Shown piece after piece: positions 25,249 through 36,589 of a stretch of DNA of 64,000 bases. The stretch is from Heterodontus francisci (lineage: Eukaryota). Within the stretch, counting starts at the first letter, position 1, and every line of letters starts with the position of its first letter. Below the pieces are notes generated by a model that did no database searches, was not told the DNA's origin, and saw nothing but the letters and a program-made list of their open reading frames with translations. Location of the stretch: NCBI RefSeq assembly GCF_036365525.1, contig NW_027141363.1, forward strand, positions 1 through 64,000, given 5' to 3'. A program made the translations under genes and the position numbers.

Positions 25249-26756
25249 CACAATGATAAACTCATGTATTAAAACATCACCTGTCTTTGAGTCCTTTTCC
25301 AAAGGAGCCCCTCATAATAAGGGAGAACCGACAAGTATAAGGAACTTTTGTCCAAAGGAACATAGCAACTGGGGAACAGGAGTAGACCATTCAGCCCTTC
25401 GTGCTTATTCCGACATTTAATTAGATTATTAATCATTTGTACCTTAACGCCTTCGACCTGCCTTCTTGGTTCCATAACCTTTAGCATCTTTGCCGATCAA
25501 AAAATAATCAACCACACATTTGAAATTTTCAATTGACCCCCTCAGCTTTCTGTGGGAGAGATTTCTGGATTCCACGGGGCATTTTGTAAACAAGTCCTTC
25601 TTGACATCATTCCTGAATGGTCTAGCTATCAGTTTAAGGTTTTGCTCTCTTGTTCTGGACCCATCACACCAGAGGAAATATCAGATCCTATCATTATCTT
25701 AAACACATCAATTGGATCACTCCTGAATCTCCAATTCTCAATTTACTGCAACCCTACTTTAAACAACACATCGTCAGAAATTAAATTCTTTTAATACCGG
25801 TATTATCCTGGTGAATGAGGAAAGGTCATGAGGCCCTTGACACCTCATTGTCCACTGGATATGGACAGCTCACCAGTTCGATTAGTAACTTGAAAATAGT
25901 GTGTCTCAAAATGGTTTCATCCATTGCTGCTCGAGGCCAAGAGGGAATATATAGAATTACATAGAATTTACAACACACAAACAGGCCATTCAGCCCATCT
26001 GCTCCATTCCAGTGTTTGCACTCCATTGAGACTCCTCTCATCCCCTTCATTTAATCCATTTTTTTTTATCCAATCTACTTTTTTAAACCCACTCCTTGTG
26101 GTAGTGAGTTCCACATTCGCACCACTGTCTGGGTAAAGAAATTTCTCCTGAATTCCCCATTGAATTTATTACTGACTATCTGACATTTATGATCCCCCCG
26201 TTCTGGTCTCCCCACAAGTGGAAAAAACTTCCGTGTGTCTACCCTATCGAACCCGCTTTCAAAATCGTGCAGACCTCGACCAGGTCACCCCTCAAACTTC
26301 ACTGCTCTCGAGAAAGGAGCCCCAGTCTGTCCGACATTCCCCAATAGTTACAACTTCCCAGTTTGGGCAGCACAGTTGTTAATCTGTTCTGATTTACCTT
26401 ATCCAGAGCCTCTACATCATTTATTTTATAATATGCAGACCAGAACTGCATACTGAACGATGCAATCTGACATTTTTCGTTCTATGCCTGTGTCCTCTTG
26501 TTCTTCTCTCACAAGCGCAATCATTCTATTTGTATCTACATTGCTGTTCGTTCTGTTTCTTTTAGAGACCCTCCCTTATGTATCCACTCAAACCCCTTCC
26601 CTACAGTGAAACGAATTCGACAGTTGCAGGTCTCCCTTCGTAACCTGAAGAGACGATACAAATTCACCAAATTCTTATGGTTTCACTCCCTCGACCACCT
26701 CACGTGAATTCCCAAATTGAATCAACTTTTCCAGTATTAGGAATGCATTCACTCAC

Positions 26757-26806
26757 CTAAAACCACCAGTTTGGTCCCATCTCCGAAATATGCTTCGCTA
26801 TAGGAG
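26757..26806 (-). CDS. TRBJ: J-beta SYSEAYFGDGTKLVVL
   Basis: cacactg-12-cacaaaatc (26807-26834), gtgagt donor. Confidence 0.95.
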
Positions 26807-27469
26807 CACACTGGTATGGGGCTGTCACAAAATCCCCCTCAATGCCTCTAGATTGTTAAGTCTGTTCCATTGAAATTTATATCATGTCAATGACCGGTGA
26901 AGGCCGTAGAAACATGGGGACAGAAGGTGGCCGTTCAGCCCTTGGAGCCTGTTCCACCATTCAGTTAGATCAGGGTTGATCTGAATCTTCACTCCATCAT
27001 CCTGTCTTTGTTCTGTAACCCTCAATACTTCTGTTTTACACAGCTCTATCAATCTTGGATATGAATTTAACAATTGACCCCCAGTCTCAACAGATTGTTT
27101 TGGGAAGATGAAGAGGGGGAGAGAGTTCCTGATTTCCACTACCCTTTGTGTGAAGAAGTGCTTCCTGATATCATCCCCGAAAGGTGATAATTTAAACTGT
27201 TCTGGGAACCTTCCCCCCCCCCACCCCCACCCTCACCAACCTGAGGAAGCAGTTTCTCTCTCTATCTATCCAACACCTCAAACCCCTCCATTATATCAGC
27301 CCTTAATGTTCGATATTCGAGGGACTGTCAGCTTAGTCTGAGTAACCAGTCCTCATGATATAACCCCTTTATGTATCTAATATCTGAACATTACTCCTGG
27401 TGATTTTTTAACCGCATGTAAACATAGATTCTGATGGATAGGAGGAACAGAAATACATAGTCGCCTTAC

Positions 27470-27517
27470 CCAACACTGTCAACTTGGTCCCATCGCCGAA
27501 GTCAGCTATGTCTGTTG
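27470..27517 (-). CDS. TRBJ: J-beta TDIADFGDGTKLTVL
   Basis: cacgatg-12-tcatgaaca (27518-27545), gtaagg donor. Confidence 0.92.
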
Positions 27518-27759
27518 CACGATGCTCTAAACTCAGTCATGAACAGACCCGGGAGATGTTCCCCTTGTAACTGAACGAGACAGGATGGGGTGGTTTAGAG
27601 GCCAGGGTCATATTGGACTGGTCTTTGCAAACCAGAAAGAAGGGCGAGTGCCATCAGCCTGACTTTTTAAACCGCCCGCGGAGGGTTGGGGGGAATAAGC
27701 TTGGAATGCAAACAGCTGGACATGAAGGGAGTGGGGGAAAAAACGCCCCATTATCTTAC

Positions 27760-27810
27760 CTAACACCGTCAGTTTGGTACCGGTCCCGAAGTTGAGTGGT
27801 GTGTTGGTAG
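27760..27810 (-). CDS. TRBJ: J-beta TNTPLNFGTGTKLTVL (first J of cluster 1)
   Basis: cacgtca-12-acatcaacc (27811-27838), gtaaga donor. Confidence 0.92.
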
Positions 27811-28335
27811 CACGTCAGCAGATCACGTTACATCAACCCGGTCAGAAACAGATTGCTAAAAGTGACCTGCTCAGCATTTAGGAAGCACTGGTCAAGACAA
27901 TCAGGACACACAAAGCAGCTTACAGCCAATGAAGCAGTTTGTTTAGGAAGTGGTCACCACAGGGAGACGCAGCAACTGATATTGTACCAAGGAAGTCCCA
28001 TCAAACAGCAGTGAGATTAATGAGCAGATTATTCTTTGTGATGTTGGTTGAGGGATCAATATTGGTCCCTGGACACCAGGGTGGGGTTTAAGGGTTAAAG
28101 AGTAACCAGTTTCCACACAAATGACACACAGTTATTCTCTTTTCCAGAGGAACATTCTAGGTTATAAAGCTGGACCATTCTGAGACAACTTTATAATGAA
28201 AAGGGCCCAGTTCCCGTTATAATCCAGGGTCATGTTGACTCGTTTACTCTGTTGTCACTGCTCTTCTGCTCATCCTCCACCAGGTGTGCAGAGTGAGGTT
28301 TTTGTACGGAGGTTGCATTGGATTTTATCACCGTG

Positions 28336-28348
28336 TCCCTGCTGTCCC
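28336..28348 (-). other. TRBD: D-beta segment 1, GGGACAGCAGGGA
   Basis: 5' 12-RSS cacagtg-12-acaaaaaag (28349-28376) and 3' 23-RSS cacggtg-23-acaaaaacc (28335-28297); open in all three frames. Confidence 0.97.
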
Positions 28349-28489
28349 CACAGTGATAGACACTCATACAAAAAAGAGGAAAGCAAAACGTACAAGTCCC
28401 CGCCGCTTAAACGGCTCCCGAGGGTTTCACCTGGTGACGGCAGTTGAGACTCAGGTGCTGAACTTTCGTTAGACATTTGGAGCACAATT

Positions 28490-28762
28490 AAAGGCCATTC
28501 AGCCCCTCTCAAATCTGTTTCACAGGATCAGGAGGAGGACATACAGCCCCAATGCAGTCTGTTACACAGGAACAGGAGGAGGACATTCAGCCCCTCTCCA
28601 GCCTGCTACGCAGGAACAGGAGGAGTACGTTCAGCCCCTCTCGAGCCTGTTACACAGGAACAGGAGGAGGACATTCAGCCCCTCTCGAGCATGTTACACG
28701 GAAACAGGAGGAGGCCCTTCAGCCCCTCTTGAACCTGTTACACCGGAACAGGAGGAGGGCAT
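28490..28762. repeat. 44-bp tandem repeat upstream of D1; paralog at ~19220-19375 upstream of D2
   Basis: Units start at 28564, 28608, 28652, 28696, 28740; runs into N gap 28763-28994. Confidence 0.88.
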
Positions 28763-30197
28763 NNNNNNNNNNNNNNNNNNNNNNNNNNNNNNNNNNNNNN
28801 NNNNNNNNNNNNNNNNNNNNNNNNNNNNNNNNNNNNNNNNNNNNNNNNNNNNNNNNNNNNNNNNNNNNNNNNNNNNNNNNNNNNNNNNNNNNNNNNNNNN
28901 NNNNNNNNNNNNNNNNNNNNNNNNNNNNNNNNNNNNNNNNNNNNNNNNNNNNNNNNNNNNNNNNNNNNNNNNNNNNNNNNNNNNNNNNNNNNNNCCCTCT
29001 CAATTCCGTCCCTCTGTTGCACCCCTTTTCCCAATCCCTGACTCCGTCCTTACCCTTTTCTTTACCTGCATTGTCCCTCTACAACCTTCAGGATCTCAGG
29101 AGGCACCAGCTACGGGTCCTCAAACAGAACGCACTTAATGTATACACAAAATCGTGCACACTGCAATCTCTTAACCTATCACTCAGAGTCCCAGGTCTGC
29201 CAAACCAGGGATGTGCAAGTTCCCAGGTGTTCTGTTGATGTGCGCAGTGCTGTTATCATTTCAGCTGATCTGTCTGCACACCAACACCCATCACCCATGC
29301 ACCTGGTCCTCAACTATAACATTGAGGGTTTTACTCTTTTGTTCTGTTCTTCTGCTGCTTGCTCTTCAGATGAAGGTAACGCGAGGTTCTGGGTTGAAGA
29401 GGTTCCAAAAATGTCTAACAATAAAGCTGGACGTTGAATTGGGATATAGACACAAAACATTTTCAAAGGAAGGCGATTATGGAGACATCAAAGTAAGTAC
29501 ATTTCCCTTTGTCCTGTTGCAAACATGGCACAAAGCAGGAATCCATTGCTTCTTCTAAAAGTTCCCCCAACATAACGGAGCTATGAGAAGTCATGTTAAA
29601 CTTGTATAGAATCTTGCTTAGACCACAGTTGGAGCACTTTTCACATTTTAAGAGATATAGAGATACAGGAGAAGGGGCAAAAAAGTAATGACAAGGATGA
29701 TATCAGAACTGAGAGGTTATAATGATCAGGAAGGGCTGTAAAGAGAAGGCTGAGGGGGTGATCTGATGGAAGGATTTAAGATTATGAAAGGGTTTTTGAT
29801 AGGATAGACGTGCAAAAGATGTTTTCACTTGTGGGGGAGTCAGGAACTAGGAACCACCAATAGAAGATAGTCACTAATAAATAAAATCGGAATTCAAGAG
29901 AAACTTCTTAACCCAGAGAGTGAGAGGATGTAGGGAGTGGGATAAGACGAATAGTGGAGATGTAATCAAGAGGGAATCTGGATAAACAAATGGGAGGAGG
30001 AAGATTTTGAAGGATCTACTGATGGGGTGAGATGAAGACGAGAGCGAGGAAGCTCGTGTGCAGGACAAACACCAGCATGAATGTGTTGGGCCGAATGGCC
30101 TGTTGCTTTGCTATTTGCCTCAGGACACAGTCCAAGGGATATAGTGCGTCTCACCTGAGAAGGCAGACAAGCCGCTGGTTTAACATCTCAGGCGAAA

Positions 30198-30780
30198 ATG
30201 CAGCAAACCCTCAGTACTGACCAGTTGACAGTGCAGCACTCCCTCAGTACTGACCCTCTGACAGTGCAGCACTCCCTCAGTACTGACCCTCTGACAGTGC
30301 AGCACTCCCTCAGTACTGACACTCTGACAGTGCAGCACTCCCTCAGTACTGACACTCTGACAGTGCAGCACTCCCTCAGTACTGACCAGTTGACAGTGCA
30401 GCACTCCCTCAGTACTGACCCTCTGACAGTGCAGCACTCCCTCAGTACTGACACTCTGACAGTGCAGCACTCCCTCAGTACTGACACTCTGACAGTGCAG
30501 CATTCCCTCAGTACTGACCCTCTGATAGTGCAGTGCTTCATCAGTAATGGCCCCCTGACAGTGCAGCACTCCCCCAGTTCCGACCCTCTGACAGTGCAGC
30601 ACTTCCTCAGTACTGATCCTCCGAAAGTGCAGTGGTCCCTCAGTACTGACCCTCCGACAGTGCAGCACTCCCTCAGTACTGACCCTCCGACATTGCAGCA
30701 CTCCCTCAGTACTGGCCGTCTGCCAGTGCAGCACTCCCTCAGCACTGATCCTCCAACAGTGCAGCACTCCCTCAGTACTG
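30198..30780. repeat. 33-bp tandem repeat, ~17 copies (cagtgcagcactccctcagtactgaccctctga)
   Basis: Direct periodicity; explains the long repetitive ORFs on both strands. Confidence 0.95.
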
Positions 30781-31529
30781 AATTAACCAAGTGTTGGCTG
30801 CATTGGCGATTGATGGGCGGTAGGTGGCGCTATTGCTCCACTAATCCTGATCGATTCTTCATTTCTTGGCCGTTCCTTCCTCTCACAGCGGCCTCAGCTC
30901 TGCAATTCCCTCCCTAACCCTCTCCACCTCTCTCTCCTCCAAACCGGACCGTTTTCCGGCCGTTTTCTCGACTGACGGTGAAGTCACTATCTAAATGAAA
31001 GTCGCTGCTGTCTAATTACACGATCGTGCTGACCTGTGAACAGGAGGTCCGGGACTTGGAGCATGTCCTCCAGAAACTGACTCTGCCAGCAGTTTCGCTT
31101 TACATTTCTTCCACGGGTAGACACAGAACTAAACTCGTCACAGAAAAATTACTGGAATTTGTCACGACCGGGATTTCGTGTTTTGTTGCTCCAATTTTGA
31201 GCACTTGCCTGTCGTCGCTTGATGCAACTGAGTGGCATTGGGAGAACAGTGAAGTGATAACTACATTGGTGTGGACCAGGACTCAGGTTGTAAGGGGGTA
31301 AGTAGGTCAAATGTTCTCCTGTGGGACATTAGAGAACCAGAGGGGGTTTAAACAACAATCAGGTCGTTTCATGGTCATAATTCATGTCACTGGTACTTTA
31401 CCTCAATCAATTGAACTTAAACTCTTCTGCCGGCTGTGGTGGGGTTTGAACTCACGATTACCAAAGCGCTAGCCCGGGCTGTTGGATTACTGGTCCAGTA
31501 ACATCACCACCAGGTTAACAGCTCAGCTT

Positions 31530-32645
31530 GTCCAATTCCCTGGCCTTTTCCCCGTAGCCCTGTAAATTTTTGTTTCTCTTCAGATAGTTATCCAGGACCT
31601 CGATTGACACTACCAGCATCGCACTGTCAGGCAGTGCGTCGCAGATCCTAACCCTCTCTGTGTAGAAGAGGAATTCCCCCTGTCACCTTTGTTTGTTTGT
31701 TTGTTTTTTTAGCCATTTACTTTAAACTGGTGTCCCCTGGTTCTCCACCCTTCTGCCACTGAGAACAGATCTACTCTGTCTGGGTCCCTCATGATTTTGC
31801 ACAACTCTGTCAAATCTCCTCTCAAGTTTCTCTTCTCTATGGCGAACAACCCCAGCTTCTCCAATCTATCCACGTAACAGAAGCCCCTCATCCCTGGAAC
31901 CAATCTCTTAAATCTTTTCTGCACCCTTGACATCCTTCTTAAAGTGTGGTATCCAGAATTGGGTGTAATATTCCAGTTGAGGTGGAACCCGTGTTATGTC
32001 GAGGTTCCCTGTAACCTCTTTGTTTTTTTTTTAAATTTGATGCCTCCATTGATAAAGCCCAGGATTCAGTCTGCCTGATTAACCACTTCCTCAACTTGCC
32101 CTGTCATCTTGAGTAATTTACACTGATATACACCCAGGTCCCTCTGTTCCTGCACCACCTTTAGAATTGTATCCTTTATTTGAGATTGTCTCTCCTCGTT
32201 TTCACTACCAAAATGAAAGACTTCACACCTTTATGTAATAAACTGCATCTGCAATTTGCCCGCCCATTCCACCAGTCATTCTACATCCTCTTAAAATCTA
32301 TCACCATCCTCCTCACGGTTCACAATACTTCCACGTTTTGTGTCATCTGCAAAGTTTGAAATTGTGCCCTGCCCACCCAAGTCTAGGTCATTAATATCGA
32401 TCAAGAAAAACAGTGGTCCCTGGAGAACCGCACTATATACCTTCCTCTAGTCTGAACAACAACCGTTTACCACTACTATGTTCCCTGTAACTTTGTATCC
32501 ATGTTGATAATGCCCCTTTTATTGCATAAGCTTTATCTTTGCTGACAAGCCTGTTATGTAGTACTTTATCAAACGCTTTTTTTGAAGTTCATGTACACCA
32601 CATCAACCGCAATACCCTCATTAACCCTCTCTGTTACCTCATCAA
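31530..32645 (-). mobile_element. CR1 LINE 3' fragment
   Basis: RVQKRFKRLVPGMRG..RLEKLGLF..RNLRGDL motifs. Confidence 0.85.
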
Positions 32646-32794
32646 AAAGTGTGTATCCGACTCTTGGTTTTCTGATTAGTCCACAGAGTGCTGGTTGTTT
32701 CAAAAGGCGGTGTAGCATTCGTCATCGCTACAGATGGGAGAACCTCAAAGCACCCTGTATGACTGACCACTTCCTCTGATGTGTCTTTATACAT

Positions 32795-33110
32795 CAGCCG
32801 TGGTTTAGTGGGGAGTACCTCGGCACTGAGTCAGAGGTTTGTGGGTTTAAGTCCCCGCACCATGATTTAAGCATAAAATCTAGGCTGACACTCCCAGTGC
32901 AGGACAGAGAAAGTGCTGCACCGTGTGGAGGTGTAGCACCGAGGTACTCTCTTTATTTTGGCTGAGATGTTAAAACGAGGTCCCGACTGCAGACGGGAAT
33001 GATCCCATAGCCACTATTTCGGAGAATAACAGGAGCATTCTGGAGGATTATCTGGGGCAATAGACATCCCTAAACCAACTTAACTAAAACAGATTGTCTG
33101 GTCATTCTCA
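32795..33110 (+). mobile_element. tRNA-derived shark SINE; another copy at ~1360-1550
   Basis: tRNA-like head (tggtttagtgg..ggtttaagtcccc) followed by gctgacactcccagtgca..gtgctgcac..gagatgttaaa core. Confidence 0.65.
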
Positions 33111-33209
33111 GTTTCCACCAGGAGATGGCGCAGTTCTCCGCAGAACTTGTGGCTGCAAATAGGATTCGATCAGATGGAGAGACAATGAATTTCCATTCAG
33201 CGAGTGATC

Positions 33210-33223
33210 GCGCCCTCTGGCGG
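33210..33223 (-). promoter_or_regulatory. Candidate CTCF site CCGCCAGAGGGCGC
   Basis: Near-consensus CCASYAGRKGGCRS in non-repetitive V-D intergenic DNA; further matches at 33118-33131(+) and 30817-30830(+). Confidence 0.6.
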
Positions 33224-36200
33224 CCGCAGAGGGAATTTTCATCACCATTCATCATTTGGATCATCCATCTGACGTAAAGGAGTCGCAGTCCGAGTATGAT
33301 CAATGCTACCTACTTTCAGTGAGATGTCGGATTATTTATTGCCATGTGCGAAGATGACCAGATCGTGACAAATGGAGCGAAACTCCCCACCCCCGCAACC
33401 CCTCCACTAACACTATTGGATCTAAGATGCATCAGTTGGAATTCATTCCTGGTTATGTGCATTCACCTCACATTGGAATTTCGAGACAGGGTGCCGACCG
33501 GCAGTTTTATCACGCTGCTCGATCTTGGACCCTGCAAGTAAAGGGTTACTATCTTGTTGGCACGTGGAAAAGGCTTCTGATCTGCGTCCCTGCAATTTTG
33601 CTTCAATCATCAGAGAACACATCAGCTAAGGAACTCACTTTCGACTCCACTGGCATAATGGAGGTTGGAAATGTGCACAGCATCTCGAATCCGTAAAGGC
33701 TGGAGGACATCTTACCGTCAGGAGCCCATTAAAAGTCTTCCACTTCATAAAAGCTAAAGAAAAGAAATGATGGCCTGTTGTAGATGTCGGGAACTCCAGT
33801 CCAATTTGAAAATATCTGGGGCTGCAGCAAAAGTGGTCGAGAAACAGGGTGAGTAATTTCAATGACAACATTCTTCTCATTATTGATACTGAAAGAGGGA
33901 CCCGTGTATATGAATCAGAGCAATTTTACATCAAGGTACAGCAAGGAATTAGGAAGGCGAGTAACATGTTAGCTTTGAAACATAAGAGTAAGGAAATCTT
34001 TCTGCAGCTAGTTAGGACTTTGGTAACAACACACCTTTAGTGTTGTGTAGAGTGTTGCTCTCCTTATCTACGGAAGCATGTATTTGCCTTAGAGGAGGTT
34101 GCAACGAAGGTTCACTCAATTGGTTCCTCGGAGGAGAAGGCTGCCCTATGAGGAGAAATTGAGTCGAATGGGCTGTTATTCTCTGGAAGAATCAGAGGTG
34201 ATCCATTTGAAACGTACAAGATGATGAGAGGGTTTGACAGGGGACACGCTGAGAGGCTGTTTCCCCCCTGGCTGGAGAGCCTAGAAATAAGGGGTCGAAT
34301 CTTCAGGATAAGGGGTCGTCTATCGTACTTAGATGAGGACGAATGTCTTCACTCAGAGGGTTATGACTCTTTGGAATTCAGAGAGCTGTGGAATTCTCAG
34401 TCATTGAGAAAATTGAAGACATGAGATCCATAGATTTTAGGCACCAAGGGAATCCAGGGATGTAGGAATATGGCGGGAAAGTGGAGTGAAGGTAGCAGAT
34501 CCTCAAGATCTTCATTATGTGGAGGAGCAGACACGGCGGGCCGAATGGCTTACTCCTGCTCCTATTTTCTAATGTTCTGATGTAAGTGGTTCCTGCGTGT
34601 TTGCAGTGTCAGATCATTGTGTCATCACAGCACATACCGTCTAAAATATTATCTTTCTCTTTCGGTCTAACCCGTGTTTCACTTGACCATGAAGTCTCGT
34701 CATGGCAAACCCTGAAGCCAGTTGCAGGCCAAACCAGATCTTGATAAGGGAAGTTTATCGATTTCAGTGCAATTTCCAGGTGATCGGAATGAATTATAAT
34801 CAGAGCAGAGAAGGTTAAGGGACCCAGAGGAAGGTTGTGTTGGAAATCAGGAAGGGTTTTGATAAATTGAACAGGGAGAAGCTGTTTTCTGAGGCAGGAA
34901 GGTCGTTAACCAGGAAGGCGCTGATTTAGGGTCAGTGGCAAAAGAAGCAGAAGCGGGACGAGGAGAAAGATTCTGACTGGGACGGGTATTAATGATCTGG
35001 AACACATCACCTGAAAGGGCAGTGGAATGGGATTCAGCTTTCAAAAGGGAATTGGATAGATCCTTGGAGCAGAAGATTTCCAGGACTAGGGCAAAAGGGC
35101 AGGAAAGTGGGACTAACTGGATAGATATTTTCACAAAAGCAAGCAGAGGCGGTATGATCTCCTTTGTGTTGAATCTTTCTGTGATGCTACAATGTGGACA
35201 GATCAGAAAGGAACAACTTGACATCATTTCCTTTATTTAAGAAAAGTAAAACTATTCTCCACCCTTTGGCATATGAAACGTGACAACAAAGCTATTGGGA
35301 GTCGGTGAGCCTTATCTGTTATCTCTATGGGTGCATTCTCACTGCAGACAGGGTTCCAGTCAAGCAAACCCTACTTATATGGCTGTGTTGGAGTAGGAAC
35401 TGCCCTGGGACAAATTCCTCCCAGAACGCCAGGGAATTCTGTCAAGAGCAGGCTGGTTATCATCTGAACAGGTCAGTGTTGAAGAGATTTACCATGACAT
35501 GTGGAAGTATGTCAATGAGACACCAGTCATTCTTTTTTCAATAGGGGCCCTAAGACTGTGTTTGTCCCGTGGTATTGATCCATCCATATCCAGATTTGAT
35601 AGATTTCCTTCAGTGAGGAACTTTCTTGGGATGCAGTCGATGATTAAGTTGAGACATGACATGTGACAAGAGCTGCCTGCTTGGGAGGCACAGGGACTTT
35701 GGGCCTGGCATTTTGGTACATTCCCCGCCTCATGCCTGGGCCCTGTTATAGATCAAGTCACCGCAATTGTTTTATTTCTGTTCTGTTACGGGATGAGGGC
35801 TGGCGAGGACCACGTTTATTCCCAAGTCTGACCACTCTTGAGCAGACTTCTTCTTGAATGCAACTCCGTGGCTGACGAGGCCCATTCCTCAGGACAGTGA
35901 AGGGTGAACAGCACTGCTGCCGGGGTCTGGAGTCACTGAGAGTCCAGATTGGGTGAGGGAGGCAAAATTTCTTCCCTAAAGGATATTACTGAACCAGGTG
36001 GCACTTTCCACCAATCCAGCAGCTTTATGCTGAGCATCATTGCTGGAATACCCGTCCTCGAACAGAACAACTACTGTTACAAAGGCTACCATCATCAACA
36101 ACGACATTATTGGTCGACAAGGATGTCAGAAGATGAACGAGGTGTCCTGGCTTTTTTTGGCATCTGGCAAATCCTGCATTCCTAAGCCTTCCTCTTCAGA

Positions 36201-36589
36201 ATACAGCCTTCCATACCAGTGCCCTGTTTAGCTTAGTGCTAGAACTCAACACAGTTTAATTCAGAGAGTACAGAGCTGAGAGATGCTGGATAAACCTTAT
36301 TGTTGAGACTCAGTGTGACACCAATGACAGTCTCAGTCAGCTCGATGGACCCTCCACCAGTTGGCCCAAGTTTCAGCTGAAAGCCTGGCCCCAGCGCCTG
36401 GGAGTTCCTGCTGCGCCTTCCTCAGGCCAAAGTACCTGAATTGAACGCAGTTATGAGACAGTGCGTTCCAAGAAGGTGGGGATTGCTCTACCTAGGGATA
36501 TCCAAATATAATTTCTGAAAATGAGATGGATACGTTAGCGGTTTGTCAATAAAAAGATACTGAGACGCAGATTAACCACAAACATTATT

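Noticed and set aside
30180-30917. Long ORFs of 195-239 aa on both strands; superficially CRISPR-like periodicity
   Set aside because: Produced by a 33-bp head-to-tail repeat with no unique spacers, in a vertebrate genome
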